64,000 nt of DNA, taken from positions 44,383-108,382 of the forward strand of contig CAZBPC010000001.1 of assembly GCA_964493715.1 (NCBI GenBank). The letters are read 5' to 3'. Position 1 is the first letter of the stretch. Each line of letters opens with the position of its first letter. The notes under the pieces are model-generated. The model saw only the letters and a program-made list of their open reading frames with translations. It was not told the origin of the DNA and made no database searches. Made by a program: the position numbers and the translations under genes. The DNA is from an uncultured archaeon. Lineage in GTDB: Archaea; Asgardarchaeota; Lokiarchaeia; Sigyniarchaeales; SOKP01. Positions 1 through 9,678 of the stretch are shown here, piece after piece.

Positions 1-73
1 ATATCTTTTTCAAAATCTTAATTAAGTAGATTATTATCTTTTAATTTACCTAATATATATTGAGGAAATAGAA

Positions 74-709
74 ATGAAATTACCTGAAATTAGGCTTGTT
101 GAAAATTGGTTGAAAGAGGGGGATCAACGAAATCCAGGACCTTGGGTAAAGCACAGTAAATACGTCGCTAATGCTACCAAAACAATTGCGAGTGAAATCG
201 AAAGCCTTGATGGAAATAAAGCATATATAATGGGTCTAATTCATGATATAGGTCGGGTTGCAGGTATAACTCAAGAACGCCATACAATTGATGGATATAA
301 TTATTTAAAAATAAAAGGTTATGAAAAATTAGCACGAATTTGTATTACTCATTGTTTTCCTAATAAAAATATTAATGCAAACATAGGGATATGGGAACGT
401 ACTGAAAATGAACTAAAATTTATTGAATTATTCCTCGAGAATTGTGAATATAATGATTATGATAGACTAATTCAATTATGTGACTGTATAACAATGGAAG
501 ATAAATATGTTTTAATTGAGAAGCGCTTAATTGAAGTAGTTTTACGTTATAACTTAAAAAATCAAGTCCCATTAGGAATTCCCGTATTACAAAAATGGCA
601 GAAATACTTAGAATTAAAAGAATATTTTTCAAACATGATTGGTGGATCAATCTATAATCTTCTACCAAATGTTATAGAAAATTCATTTGGAAAAATTAAA
701 TCAGATTAG
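74..709 (+). CDS. HD-domain metal-dependent phosphohydrolase
   Basis: H..(HSKYVA)...IHDIGR...H...THCF...D pattern typical of HD domain. Confidence 0.8.
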   Translation: MKLPEIRLVENWLKEGDQRNPGPWVKHSKYVANATKTIASEIESLDGNKAYIMGLIHDIGRVAGITQERHTIDGYNYLKIKGYEKLARICITHCFPNKNINANIGIWERTENELKFIELFLENCEYNDYDRLIQLCDCITMEDKYVLIEKRLIEVVLRYNLKNQVPLGIPVLQKWQKYLELKEYFSNMIGGSIYNLLPNVIENSFGKIKSD

Positions 710-773
710 TTTTCAGTGAAATTTTTTAGTAGAGTCAAATTTGTGAAATTAATTAAAAGGATGGTTTATCATA

Positions 774-2255
774 ATGGAACTCGACAATTACATGGCATAT
801 GAATTAATTGAAAAAATACATAATAGAGAAATTACCATACGAGAAGTAATTCAAGCGAGTTTCGATAAGATAGATGAGACCGATCAATCAATCCATTCTT
901 TTGTTAATTATTCAAAACAGAAAGCACTAGAAAAAGCAAAAGAATATGATTTAAACCTAAAAGAAGGTCAACAATTGGGAAAGCTATACGGTCTACCTTT
1001 TGCTAACAAGGATTTAATATGTTTGAAGAATTTTCCCACAACTTGTTGTTCACACATATTGGAGGGATTTCAACCCCCATATAATGCACATGTCATAGAA
1101 CGATTAGTGGAGCAAGAAGGAGCTATTCATATTGGAAACACGAATATGGATGAATTTGCAATGGGGAGTTCTACGGAATCGAGCTGTTATGGACCCACTT
1201 ATAATCCATGGGACTTAAAAAGAGTTCCTGGGGGATCTAGTGGTGGATCGGCTACTTCAATCGCATCAGGACAAGCAATAATCGCTTTAGGCAGTGATAC
1301 TGGTGGTAGTATTAGATGCCCAGCCTCTTTTAGTGGAGTTGTAGGATTAAAACCCACATATGGAAGAGTTTCGCGATATGGTTTGATCGCATTTGCTAAT
1401 TCTTTAGATCAAATTGGACCAATCACCAAGTGTGTTCGTGATTCTGCAATGATGCTTGAAATCATTTCCGGAAAAGATCAACTTGATTCTACTTCAATTA
1501 ATATCAAAGTGGATAATTATGTAGAGGAATTAAAAAATTCGATTAATAAGAAAGTATTAGGTGTTCCAAAAGAATTTTTTGGGGAAGGAGTTGAAAAGAC
1601 GGTAAAAAGAAGTGTAGAAAAGTCAATTCAAAAATTGGAAAGTTTAGGAGCAACTATTATTGAAGTGACTATTCCGCATTTGGAATATACCGTTGCTACA
1701 TATTATTTAATCTGCATGTGCGAAGCTAGTTCAAATTTAGCCAGATACGATGGAATCAGATACGGAAAGATCACGGATGATCTCTCGGGAGACTTATTCG
1801 ATGTATTTAGAAAAACTAGGAGTGAAAATTTCGGACCAGAAGTTAGAAGGAGAATTTTCTTGGGTACATATGCTCTTTCTGCAGGATATTATGAAATGTT
1901 CTACTTGAAAGCTTTAAAGGTAAGAGCATTAATAAAACAAGATTTTGTTAATGCTTTTAAGTTATGCAATTCAATAGTTTGTCCAACAATGCCAATAACC
2001 GCTTTTAAGATTGGAGAATTAATTGATAATCCATTGCAAATGTATGCAATTGACATACTTACATGCCCTGTAAACCTAGCTGGACTCCCAGCTCTATCAA
2101 TCCCTTGTGGGTTTGATAAAAATAATCTACCCATAGGCTTTCAAATAATCGGTAATTATTTTGATGAAAAAGGAATTTTAAATATTGGATATCAACTTGA
2201 ACAAGAGCTAAATATATATCGAAAAAAACCACCAATTTTTAAAGGAGGTATTTAA
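774..2255 (+). CDS. gatA: Asp-tRNA(Asn)/Glu-tRNA(Gln) amidotransferase subunit A
   Basis: Amidase signature GGSSGGS, GSDTGGSIRCPA, NMDEFAMGSS, SNLARYDG; adjacent to gatB. Confidence 0.97.
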   Translation: MELDNYMAYELIEKIHNREITIREVIQASFDKIDETDQSIHSFVNYSKQKALEKAKEYDLNLKEGQQLGKLYGLPFANKDLICLKNFPTTCCSHILEGFQPPYNAHVIERLVEQEGAIHIGNTNMDEFAMGSSTESSCYGPTYNPWDLKRVPGGSSGGSATSIASGQAIIALGSDTGGSIRCPASFSGVVGLKPTYGRVSRYGLIAFANSLDQIGPITKCVRDSAMMLEIISGKDQLDSTSINIKVDNYVEELKNSINKKVLGVPKEFFGEGVEKTVKRSVEKSIQKLESLGATIIEVTIPHLEYTVATYYLICMCEASSNLARYDGIRYGKITDDLSGDLFDVFRKTRSENFGPEVRRRIFLGTYALSAGYYEMFYLKALKVRALIKQDFVNAFKLCNSIVCPTMPITAFKIGELIDNPLQMYAIDILTCPVNLAGLPALSIPCGFDKNNLPIGFQIIGNYFDEKGILNIGYQLEQELNIYRKKPPIFKGGI

Positions 2256-2256
2256 T

Positions 2257-3726
2257 TTGAGTAGTCAAAATTATGAAATAATGATTGGATTAGAAGTGCA
2301 TATTCAATTAACTAATCTCAAATCAAAATTATTTTGTAGTTGTAGCAATGATTATCGTGGAGCTGATCCAAACACTTACGTGTGTCCTATCTGTCTAGGT
2401 TTGCCTGGTTCTCTACCTGTTTTAAATAAAAAAGCGATAGAATTTGCAACAAGATTAGCAATTGCATTAGAATGTAAAATAAATCATCGTTTTTGGTTCT
2501 ATAGGAAAAATTATCATTATGTTGATCTTCCAAAGGGGTTTCAAATATCACAATACAATAAAGCAGGTGGTAAAGCTTTTGCTGACGGTGGAAAGATCAC
2601 GATAAAAGTAAATAATCACAAAAAAGATATTCTTCTAAATAGAATTCATCTTGAAGAAGATCCCGCTCGATTAGTACATAAAGGAAGTATAACTACTTCA
2701 CCATATACCTTAGTTGATTATAATCGATCGGGAGTTTGCTTGATTGAAATCGTGACCGAACCAGTTATAAATTCTCCAGAAGAGGCAAGAGAATTTCTAA
2801 AACAATTAAAGTCAATTGTCCAGTATTCTGAAATTGCAAATTTAGATCTTCAAGGTTCCGTGAGAGTTGATGCAAATATTTCTATAAAAGGTCATGAACG
2901 TAGTGAAGCTAAAAATATTAATAGCTTTAAAGAAGTGGAAAGAGCGTTATTGCATGAGATTGTACGCCAAAAAAACTTATTAAAAAGAGGAAAAACATTG
3001 CTACTAGAAACGCGCCATTGGGATGATAAAAGAAGGATCACGATTTCACTTCGTAAAAAAGAATTTGAAGCAGATTATCGTTATTTTCCTGAACAAGATT
3101 TAACTCCCATAGAAATAGATGATGATTTTATTGAGAGAGTTAAGAATGAGTTACCTGAAATGCCAAGTGAAAGAGCTCATCGCCTTAGAAGGGAGTATGA
3201 TTTATCAGAATTTGATTCAGATAATTTAGTTTTAGATAAAGACATTGCAAATTTTTTTGAGGATGGAGTAAATTCTGATCCCTCATTCGGACCAAATGAA
3301 TACAAACAATTTTGTAATTGGTTAATGAACAATATTGTAGGATGGTTAAATGAACATAGCATGACAATAAAAAATACAAAATTGCATACCAAACAAGTCA
3401 CTGATTTAGTAAATTATGTAAAAGAAGGATTAATCACTACTAAAATAGCTAAATCACTAATAGGTGATCTTATGGAAGGTGTCTCGGTTTCCAAATTATT
3501 AGAAAAGAAAGGGAAAGCAAGAATATCAGACCAAATTTTTATTGAAAAGTTAAGTAAGGAAGCCATAGATGAAAATCCTAAGATAGTGGAGGATTGTATC
3601 AATAATCCAAAAGCTGTAGAAGCGCTCATTGGACGGGTAATGAAAAAAACTCGTGGACAAGCAGATCCTGGGATAACAAGAGAAATTATTATTGAATTAT
3701 TAACAAAAATGGGAATAATTGATTAA
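2257..3726 (+). CDS. gatB: Asp-tRNA(Asn)/Glu-tRNA(Gln) amidotransferase subunit B
   Basis: IGLEVHIQL, CPICLGLPGSLP, HLEED, DYNRSG, DYRYFPE motifs; TTG start 1 nt after gatA stop. Confidence 0.97.
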   Translation: MSSQNYEIMIGLEVHIQLTNLKSKLFCSCSNDYRGADPNTYVCPICLGLPGSLPVLNKKAIEFATRLAIALECKINHRFWFYRKNYHYVDLPKGFQISQYNKAGGKAFADGGKITIKVNNHKKDILLNRIHLEEDPARLVHKGSITTSPYTLVDYNRSGVCLIEIVTEPVINSPEEAREFLKQLKSIVQYSEIANLDLQGSVRVDANISIKGHERSEAKNINSFKEVERALLHEIVRQKNLLKRGKTLLLETRHWDDKRRITISLRKKEFEADYRYFPEQDLTPIEIDDDFIERVKNELPEMPSERAHRLRREYDLSEFDSDNLVLDKDIANFFEDGVNSDPSFGPNEYKQFCNWLMNNIVGWLNEHSMTIKNTKLHTKQVTDLVNYVKEGLITTKIAKSLIGDLMEGVSVSKLLEKKGKARISDQIFIEKLSKEAIDENPKIVEDCINNPKAVEALIGRVMKKTRGQADPGITREIIIELLTKMGIID

Positions 3727-3749
3727 AAAAGAGAAAAAAGATTGATATG

Positions 3750-4109
3750 CTAGAGAAGCGATTCTAAAGCTTGTGTTGCGGCTGCTAGTTTCAAGTTAAT
3801 TATGCCTAATTTAGCTTCAACTGTAGAAATTACAACTAATACATTTTCTTTTACGGTATTAAATAAGATCTTTCCTTTACCACTTTCAATTATAGCATTA
3901 TTAAATTGCCCTTGTTCTAATTCTTTGGTTGCTCTCTGTGAAGCTTTTAATATAAGAGTCACCATTGCGGCCACCGCTTCAGGATCCACCCACCCGGGAA
4001 GAGCTGAACCTTTAATTAGCCCAAATTTCTCGATTAGAGCAGCACCGTGAACTCCTTTTATAGATTTCAAGCTATCTAAAATATTGGTAATTTCACTCAT
4101 TTCACTCAA
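3750..4109 (-). CDS. Roadblock/LC7 (MglB-like) domain protein
   Basis: 119 aa; GVHGAALIEKFGL...AVAAM...ELEQG...AKLGII pattern of the roadblock fold. Confidence 0.85.
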   Translation of the reverse strand: MSEMSEITNILDSLKSIKGVHGAALIEKFGLIKGSALPGWVDPEAVAAMVTLILKASQRATKELEQGQFNNAIIESGKGKILFNTVKENVLVVISTVEAKLGIINLKLAAATQALESLL

Positions 4110-4251
4110 GTTTAAATTGTCATATCTTATGATAATAAATATAGCGTTAAGATTTAAAAATGTTGAAGTATGATTATATGTTCATAATCTTATATAGACT
4201 ATTTTTTGAAGTTTGAGCTATAAAAAAAGAAAATAGGGGGTATATTTTATA

Positions 4252-5397
4252 GTGGGATTGATAGTATTTCGTCATTATCAAGAAGGTGATGATAAACAAC
4301 TCGCGGATTTGTATAATAGATCCTTTCAAACCAATGGGGCTGGATTAATTCGAACTACAAAGAATTGGAATTGGAGGTATGTTCAATCTCCAGATTTTGA
4401 ACCAGAAATGATCCAAATTGCTGAAGATATTGAGGAAAAAAAAATCATAGGATCAGTACATGTAAGTTTAGTCGAACGGGTCATTATTGATAAAAAATTA
4501 TTACTCAATGGTGAGATAAATGATGTGGTATGTCACCCAGAATACATGCGTCAAGGAATTGCAAGGAGATTGTTAAAAAACGCGATTAGGTACATGAATA
4601 AGAAAAAGTGCGATATATCAATGCTGACAGCTGATTATTCCGGTTTCCCACGAAAGAAATTATACTTAAAAGAAGGATATAGAGATTATGATAGGGAAAA
4701 GATGTTTGTTCAATTTCCTAATGTTCTTAATTTGTTCCACGATTTTTATGGATTCGCAATTTTAGTTCCTGTATTTTTAATATTATCTTATATCCCAAGA
4801 TTGTTATACAGGTTAGTATTAAGATCAAAACCTTTTTTCAATGACGTTACCTATGAAATTGTTCGTAACGAGAGTCATTTCAAATACATGAATGCGCTAA
4901 ACAGAATAATCAAGACTCAATATGCAGGATTTCACCCTTATACTAAAAATAAATATACATGGGCCCGAATAAATGTTCCATCAAAACGATATGAACCAAC
5001 CTATATAATCATGAAAAAAAAAAATGAGATTATTGGAGGCGCAGCGTTTAATACCGCAAATATTTATGGGTTTAATTATGGTTTGAAATTTAAGATTGGG
5101 ATTGTCCATGAGATATTTTTAGAAAAAACGAAATTTCTTAATGAGTGGAATTTGTATTATGGATATATTTATTTGTTGGATAGGTTGTTAAAAGCCGCTA
5201 CAAGAAGATTTACAAGTGCAATAATATTATTTACCAGCTCTTTTGATCATTCCTTGCATCAAGCACTAAGAGCCATGAAATTTTTTAGTTTTAATGGGGC
5301 AAGCGTAATGATGAAAATTCTCAAAAAGGATTTGAAAATTAAAAAACTCACAAAACCGCTTTATATCCCAACTCACGTTTCACTCTCGATTCCTTAA
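4252..5397 (+). CDS. GNAT family N-acetyltransferase
   Basis: Motif A VVCHPEYMRQGIARRLL; LYLKEGY. Confidence 0.85.
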   Translation: MGLIVFRHYQEGDDKQLADLYNRSFQTNGAGLIRTTKNWNWRYVQSPDFEPEMIQIAEDIEEKKIIGSVHVSLVERVIIDKKLLLNGEINDVVCHPEYMRQGIARRLLKNAIRYMNKKKCDISMLTADYSGFPRKKLYLKEGYRDYDREKMFVQFPNVLNLFHDFYGFAILVPVFLILSYIPRLLYRLVLRSKPFFNDVTYEIVRNESHFKYMNALNRIIKTQYAGFHPYTKNKYTWARINVPSKRYEPTYIIMKKKNEIIGGAAFNTANIYGFNYGLKFKIGIVHEIFLEKTKFLNEWNLYYGYIYLLDRLLKAATRRFTSAIILFTSSFDHSLHQALRAMKFFSFNGASVMMKILKKDLKIKKLTKPLYIPTHVSLSIP

Positions 5398-5503
5398 ATA
5401 TAGAATTTTTGAATCCTTCTCGAGTACTAATTAATTACGTTCTTATGTGAAGTTAAATATCCATTATTATATAGATCTCAAGAATAATGAGGTTTTAAAG
5501 AAT

Positions 5504-6934
5504 ATGCCAAGAAGATGGTTAAATTGGATAAAAGAAAATAGCAGCATGCTTTCTTCGATAAGTGATCAAATATGGAATTTTGCTGAAATGAGTTTAGAAG
5601 AAGTGAATTCTTCAAAACTATTATCAAATACTTTAGAGGAAGCGGGATTTTCTGTTAAAAGAGGTGTAGCGGATATGCCCACGGCTTTTTATGCAAGTTA
5701 TGGAACTGGAAAGCCAGTTATCGGAATATTAGGTGAATTTGATGCCCTTCCTGGACTAAGTCAAACTGCAGAACCAAAAAGAAAGCCTTTAGTAGAAGGT
5801 GCTCCTGGACACGGATGCGGTCATAATTTATTGTGTGTAGGTTCTCTTGGGGCTGTATTAGCCGTTAAAGAGGAAATTGATGCGGGTGAAGTATCAGGGA
5901 CGATTCGATATTATGGCTGTCCAGCTGAAGAAACTTACAATGCAAAAGGCTATATGGTCAAAGAAGGATTATTTGATGACGTAGATATCGCCCTAACGTG
6001 GCATCCTGGATCTTTAAACATGCTAACAGTAATGAGTGCTTTGGCAATGAACTCTGTGATTTTTAAATTCTATGGAAGAACAGCTCACGCAGCAGGTGAC
6101 CCTCAAAATGGGAGAAGCGCTTTAGATGGAGTTGAATTAATGAATGTTGGCGCCAATTATATGCGAGAACACATGATACAAGAAGCTCGTCTTCATTATG
6201 TTATAACAAATGGAGGGGATGCTCCGAATGTCGTACCTGCATTTGCAGAAGTTCACTATTTTGTAAGAGCACCAGAACGACATCAAGTTGAAGAATTATA
6301 TCAAAGGCTCATAAATATTGCTAAAGGCGCAGAACTCATGACAGAAACTAAGATGGAAATTGATTTTATAAGTGGTACATACAACACTTGGTATAATGAG
6401 ATTGTTGATGATGTTCTATTAAAAACAATGAAAGAAGTAGGAGCTCCAAGATTTGATAAGCAAGATATGGTATTTGCAGAAGAATTAAAGAAATCTCTCC
6501 CTCCAAACTCGATAGAGGGATACTTGAGTTTAGCACCTCCAGATATGAAAGAAATGGCAGAGGCAATTCTAAGCAAACCACTTAATAAAATCGTGATTCC
6601 GCCGATAGGCAAAGGTAGATCAAGCCCTGGCTCAACAGATGTTGCTGACGTATCTTGGAAAGTTCCATTGGGAGAATTCATGACCGCTTGTGAAATCATT
6701 GGATCTCCTGGACATTCATGGCAAACTGCTTCCTGTGCGGGAATGAGCATAGGTCATAAGGGAATGTTAACAGCTGCAAAAATTCTGGCATCGACATCTT
6801 TAAAGTTTATGAGAGATAAAGAACTGGTAGAAAAAGCAAAAGAGGAACATGAAAAAAAACATAAAGATAAACCATACATTTCTCCTTTTCCAGAAGGTCA
6901 CAAACCACCTTTCCGCAGGTTAGAAAAACGCTAA
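5504..6934 (+). CDS. M20 amidohydrolase, p-aminobenzoyl-glutamate hydrolase subunit B (AbgB)-like
   Basis: GEFDALPGL, GHGCGHN, GCPAEE, WHP, AHAAG, GSTDV motifs; ATG at 5504 preferred over GTG at 5447. Confidence 0.9.
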   Translation: MPRRWLNWIKENSSMLSSISDQIWNFAEMSLEEVNSSKLLSNTLEEAGFSVKRGVADMPTAFYASYGTGKPVIGILGEFDALPGLSQTAEPKRKPLVEGAPGHGCGHNLLCVGSLGAVLAVKEEIDAGEVSGTIRYYGCPAEETYNAKGYMVKEGLFDDVDIALTWHPGSLNMLTVMSALAMNSVIFKFYGRTAHAAGDPQNGRSALDGVELMNVGANYMREHMIQEARLHYVITNGGDAPNVVPAFAEVHYFVRAPERHQVEELYQRLINIAKGAELMTETKMEIDFISGTYNTWYNEIVDDVLLKTMKEVGAPRFDKQDMVFAEELKKSLPPNSIEGYLSLAPPDMKEMAEAILSKPLNKIVIPPIGKGRSSPGSTDVADVSWKVPLGEFMTACEIIGSPGHSWQTASCAGMSIGHKGMLTAAKILASTSLKFMRDKELVEKAKEEHEKKHKDKPYISPFPEGHKPPFRRLEKR

Positions 6935-7051
6935 ATTTCACCTATTTTTATTATATTTTTATGTAATGGGATAAAAATCCTCTCAAAAATTGGTCCCTCC
7001 AAGAGATTAATATCTTTTTTTCTTATTTTATATTAAAGAAAAGAAAATAAA

Positions 7052-7354
7052 ATGATTGAAATGAATAAAATAGGAATATGGCAATTGTCTGATTTTTATC
7101 AGTCGCGAAGAGAAAAGATTATTAATTTGCTATTAAGTGAAATCATATTTTTAAAGAATTATGTTAAGCAAATTCATTCTGAATCTCAACAAAGTCAATT
7201 TGAATCGGGATTAGAAAAATTAGATTACATCTTAGGACTACTAAAGAAGACTGAGGGTGAATTGCCAGAAGAATCTTTTGATAGTATTATAAGTTTGGTT
7301 TATAATATATTGAAAGAAATTGTAATAAAATTAGAAAAAGAGTTAGAAATTTAG
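7052..7354 (+). CDS. Hypothetical alpha-helical protein
   Basis: 100-aa ORF filling the intergenic gap; amphipathic helical pattern. Confidence 0.6.
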   Translation: MIEMNKIGIWQLSDFYQSRREKIINLLLSEIIFLKNYVKQIHSESQQSQFESGLEKLDYILGLLKKTEGELPEESFDSIISLVYNILKEIVIKLEKELEI

Positions 7355-7387
7355 TTTTTTTTATTAATAAAAAAATGAAGGTTAGAA

Positions 7388-8332
7388 TTACAAGTCTAAA
7401 ACTTCGCTTGCTACACCTTCAATCGCTTGTTTTGAAGGAAGACCTTTTAATAGTTCGGATTTAATTCGATCAACTAATAATTGAGCTGTAAATGGTTTTC
7501 CATTATTGTCAATGCGATTAACCGTGTGCCAGCCTCGATAAACCCAAACTTTATCTCCAGCAGCTCTAAAAACTTCACCATTCACTCTTCTAGCCTCATC
7601 TGATGCTAAATATACAATTAATGGAGCAAAATGTGCCGGATCAAATACATCCAATCCTCCTTTTGCTTTTTGACTCATAAAATCAACCATTTTTGGTGTT
7701 GCGTCCGTTGTAAGCCGAGTTCGAGCCATTGGTACAACGCAATTAACGGTAGCATATTTTTTTAATTCCATGGAAGTGATTAACGTGAATGCTGCAATAC
7801 CGGCTTTAGCAGCACCATAATTTGCTTGACCGAGATTGCCTAACAATCCAGCATCTGAAGCAGTGTTAATAATCCTTCCAAAATTTTTCTTCCCGAGATC
7901 TTCTTTACCAACCTTTCTGAAATATTCAGCTGCATGTCTCGTTAAATTAAAAGTTCCTTTCAAATGTACTGCAATAACCGCATCAAATTCTGCTTCTGCC
8001 ATGTTGAAAATCATTCGATCTCGCAAGATTCCTGCATTGTTTACAACAATGTCTAAATGTCCGAATTCTGCGATTGCTTGATCAATCATTCCCTTCGCTT
8101 TATTAAAGTCTGCTACGGAGTCGTAATTACCTATGGCTTTTACTCCAAGAGCTTTACACTCATTGGCAACTTCGTCGGCAAATTTTGATTCTCCTCCTTC
8201 TCCATCAAAACTCCCACCAAGATCATTGATAACTAAATTACAACCTTCCCTTGCCATTGCAAGTGCTTCTTCTCTGCCCAAACCTCGTCCAGCACCCGTT
8301 ATAATGGCAACTTTACCATCTAATAATCCCAT
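7388..8332 (-). CDS. SDR family oxidoreductase (hydroxyacyl-CoA dehydrogenase / HSD17B4-like)
   Basis: TGAGRGLG, NNAGILRD, YGAAK. Confidence 0.92.
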   Translation of the reverse strand: MGLLDGKVAIITGAGRGLGREEALAMAREGCNLVINDLGGSFDGEGGESKFADEVANECKALGVKAIGNYDSVADFNKAKGMIDQAIAEFGHLDIVVNNAGILRDRMIFNMAEAEFDAVIAVHLKGTFNLTRHAAEYFRKVGKEDLGKKNFGRIINTASDAGLLGNLGQANYGAAKAGIAAFTLITSMELKKYATVNCVVPMARTRLTTDATPKMVDFMSQKAKGGLDVFDPAHFAPLIVYLASDEARRVNGEVFRAAGDKVWVYRGWHTVNRIDNNGKPFTAQLLVDRIKSELLKGLPSKQAIEGVASEVLDL

Positions 8333-8462
8333 TTTTTTTACCTTTTTTGTTATTTTATATTATTTAATAAATAATTATAATTTAAAATACAATTTTAACC
8401 TTAAAGAATTTAAAAAATATAACGTTTCTTACTTCAATTCAGATTATTAAAAATAATAAACC

Positions 8463-8963
8463 ATGGAAGCCATAACTCATAATCTAGTTGCTGTTATCAT
8501 CCAAATTGCATGTTTTAGATATTTTTTATTCCCTCTAAATATATTCTCTACAATTTTCTTCGCATATCTTTCACATTTAATAGTTGATGCATTATCTAAA
8601 CTTACTTATCATACCCCTGATGCGAAGAAGGATGATAAATTTTGGGTTATTTGGCATGTTATAATTTATTCTGCTTCTATATTATCAATATTCATTTTAA
8701 TAATACCCTATTGGTTAGGAATTTTATTTGCGAACATAATCGATATATGGGATTGGTTCATACTAAGGCCCCTTCAAAAAAGAAAAGTGAAATCAGGAGA
8801 AAATCCAAATTGGGGTCAGGGATGGTATTTGCATAAACATTCTGATTGGCTTCGTGATAATTTATTCGGATGGCTCCCAAATTGGAGGTACAAATATTTT
8901 GGAATCATTACTGAAATAATACTCATTATCTTTTTATCAGTCATGATAATCATAATAAGATGA
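8463..8963 (+). CDS. Membrane protein, possible metal-dependent hydrolase (YdjM-like)
   Basis: Several TM helices; N-terminal MEAITH, SHLIVD and further His/Asp residues. Confidence 0.55.
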   Translation: MEAITHNLVAVIIQIACFRYFLFPLNIFSTIFFAYLSHLIVDALSKLTYHTPDAKKDDKFWVIWHVIIYSASILSIFILIIPYWLGILFANIIDIWDWFILRPLQKRKVKSGENPNWGQGWYLHKHSDWLRDNLFGWLPNWRYKYFGIITEIILIIFLSVMIIIIR

Positions 8964-9350
8964 TAAATTTTGGAGTTTTGAGAAATAAAATAAATGACTA
9001 TCACAATTACAGTCAGAAGACCCAAAATTTCTGATGTAATTATCACAAGAATCCTTAAGTTCTTTAGAAAGAACGCATTCTAAACGTTCAGTAGAGGGAA
9101 ATAAGAAAATTTTAGATATATAGCTATATTTACAATCAAGTAGATAATCAATATGCCAATACATTTTCTTGTTATTAGAAGAATCAACGTGTCTTTTAAC
9201 GCGATTTATTAAAGTACTCGAACCTTTATTTCCCATGGCTGAACCTACATAAATATAATATCCTTCCTGAAATTCTATTAATCCGAGTGCTCCAATATTG
9301 ATGAAAGAATTTTTTTGGATATGAATCACTAAGAAATAAGTACCTTTCAT
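8937..9350 (-). CDS. GIY-YIG (DUF123/Uri-type) endonuclease-like protein
   Basis: MKGTY, GYYIYVGSA, RVKRH, WHIDYL, FGSSDCNCDSHL. Confidence 0.9.
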   Translation of the reverse strand: MKGTYFLVIHIQKNSFINIGALGLIEFQEGYYIYVGSAMGNKGSSTLINRVKRHVDSSNNKKMYWHIDYLLDCKYSYISKIFLFPSTERLECVLSKELKDSCDNYIRNFGSSDCNCDSHLFYFSKLQNLSSYYDYHD

Positions 9351-9524
9351 TTAATTACAATTCTTTTTATGATAACGATAACAACCATCACAGAGAGCAC
9401 CATTACAATGTGGACAGATATTTACACAATTATCACATAGTTGGTTTGCACATTCTATACATTCATAAAAAATCTCGTTCGGATTTTCTCCGCAATTTCG
9501 ACATATTAATTTTTGGTTTGTCAT
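9351..9524 (-). CDS. Small Cys-rich Zn-finger protein (57 aa, not in the ORF track)
   Basis: Hand translation MTNQKLICRNCGENPNEIFYECIECANQLCDNCVNICPHCNGALCDGCYRYHKKNCN; five CxxC pairs; stop abuts the ATG of the nuclease gene. Confidence 0.8.
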   Translation of the reverse strand: MTNQKLICRNCGENPNEIFYECIECANQLCDNCVNICPHCNGALCDGCYRYHKKNCN

Positions 9525-9636
9525 TCATTTCACTCTGGTTTTTAAAATATAAGGTCATCCAAGTTAAAAAAAAATCTTTATTATTCATTTAATAAATTTA
9601 TAAATAGAACTCAAAATTCAGATAATTTTATGGAAT

Positions 9637-9659
9637 AAGAGACTTTTATAAAGTCTCTT
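9637..9659. terminator. Inverted repeat / putative terminator downstream of treT
   Basis: AAGAGACTTT-tat-AAAGTCTCTT perfect 10-bp stem about 20 nt beyond the treT stop. Confidence 0.45.
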
Positions 9660-9678
9660 TTTTTATCTCATAGTTATT

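Noticed and set aside
9410-9592. 60-aa plus-strand ORF from the ORF track
   Set aside because: Shadow of the minus-strand Cys-rich gene at 9351-9524
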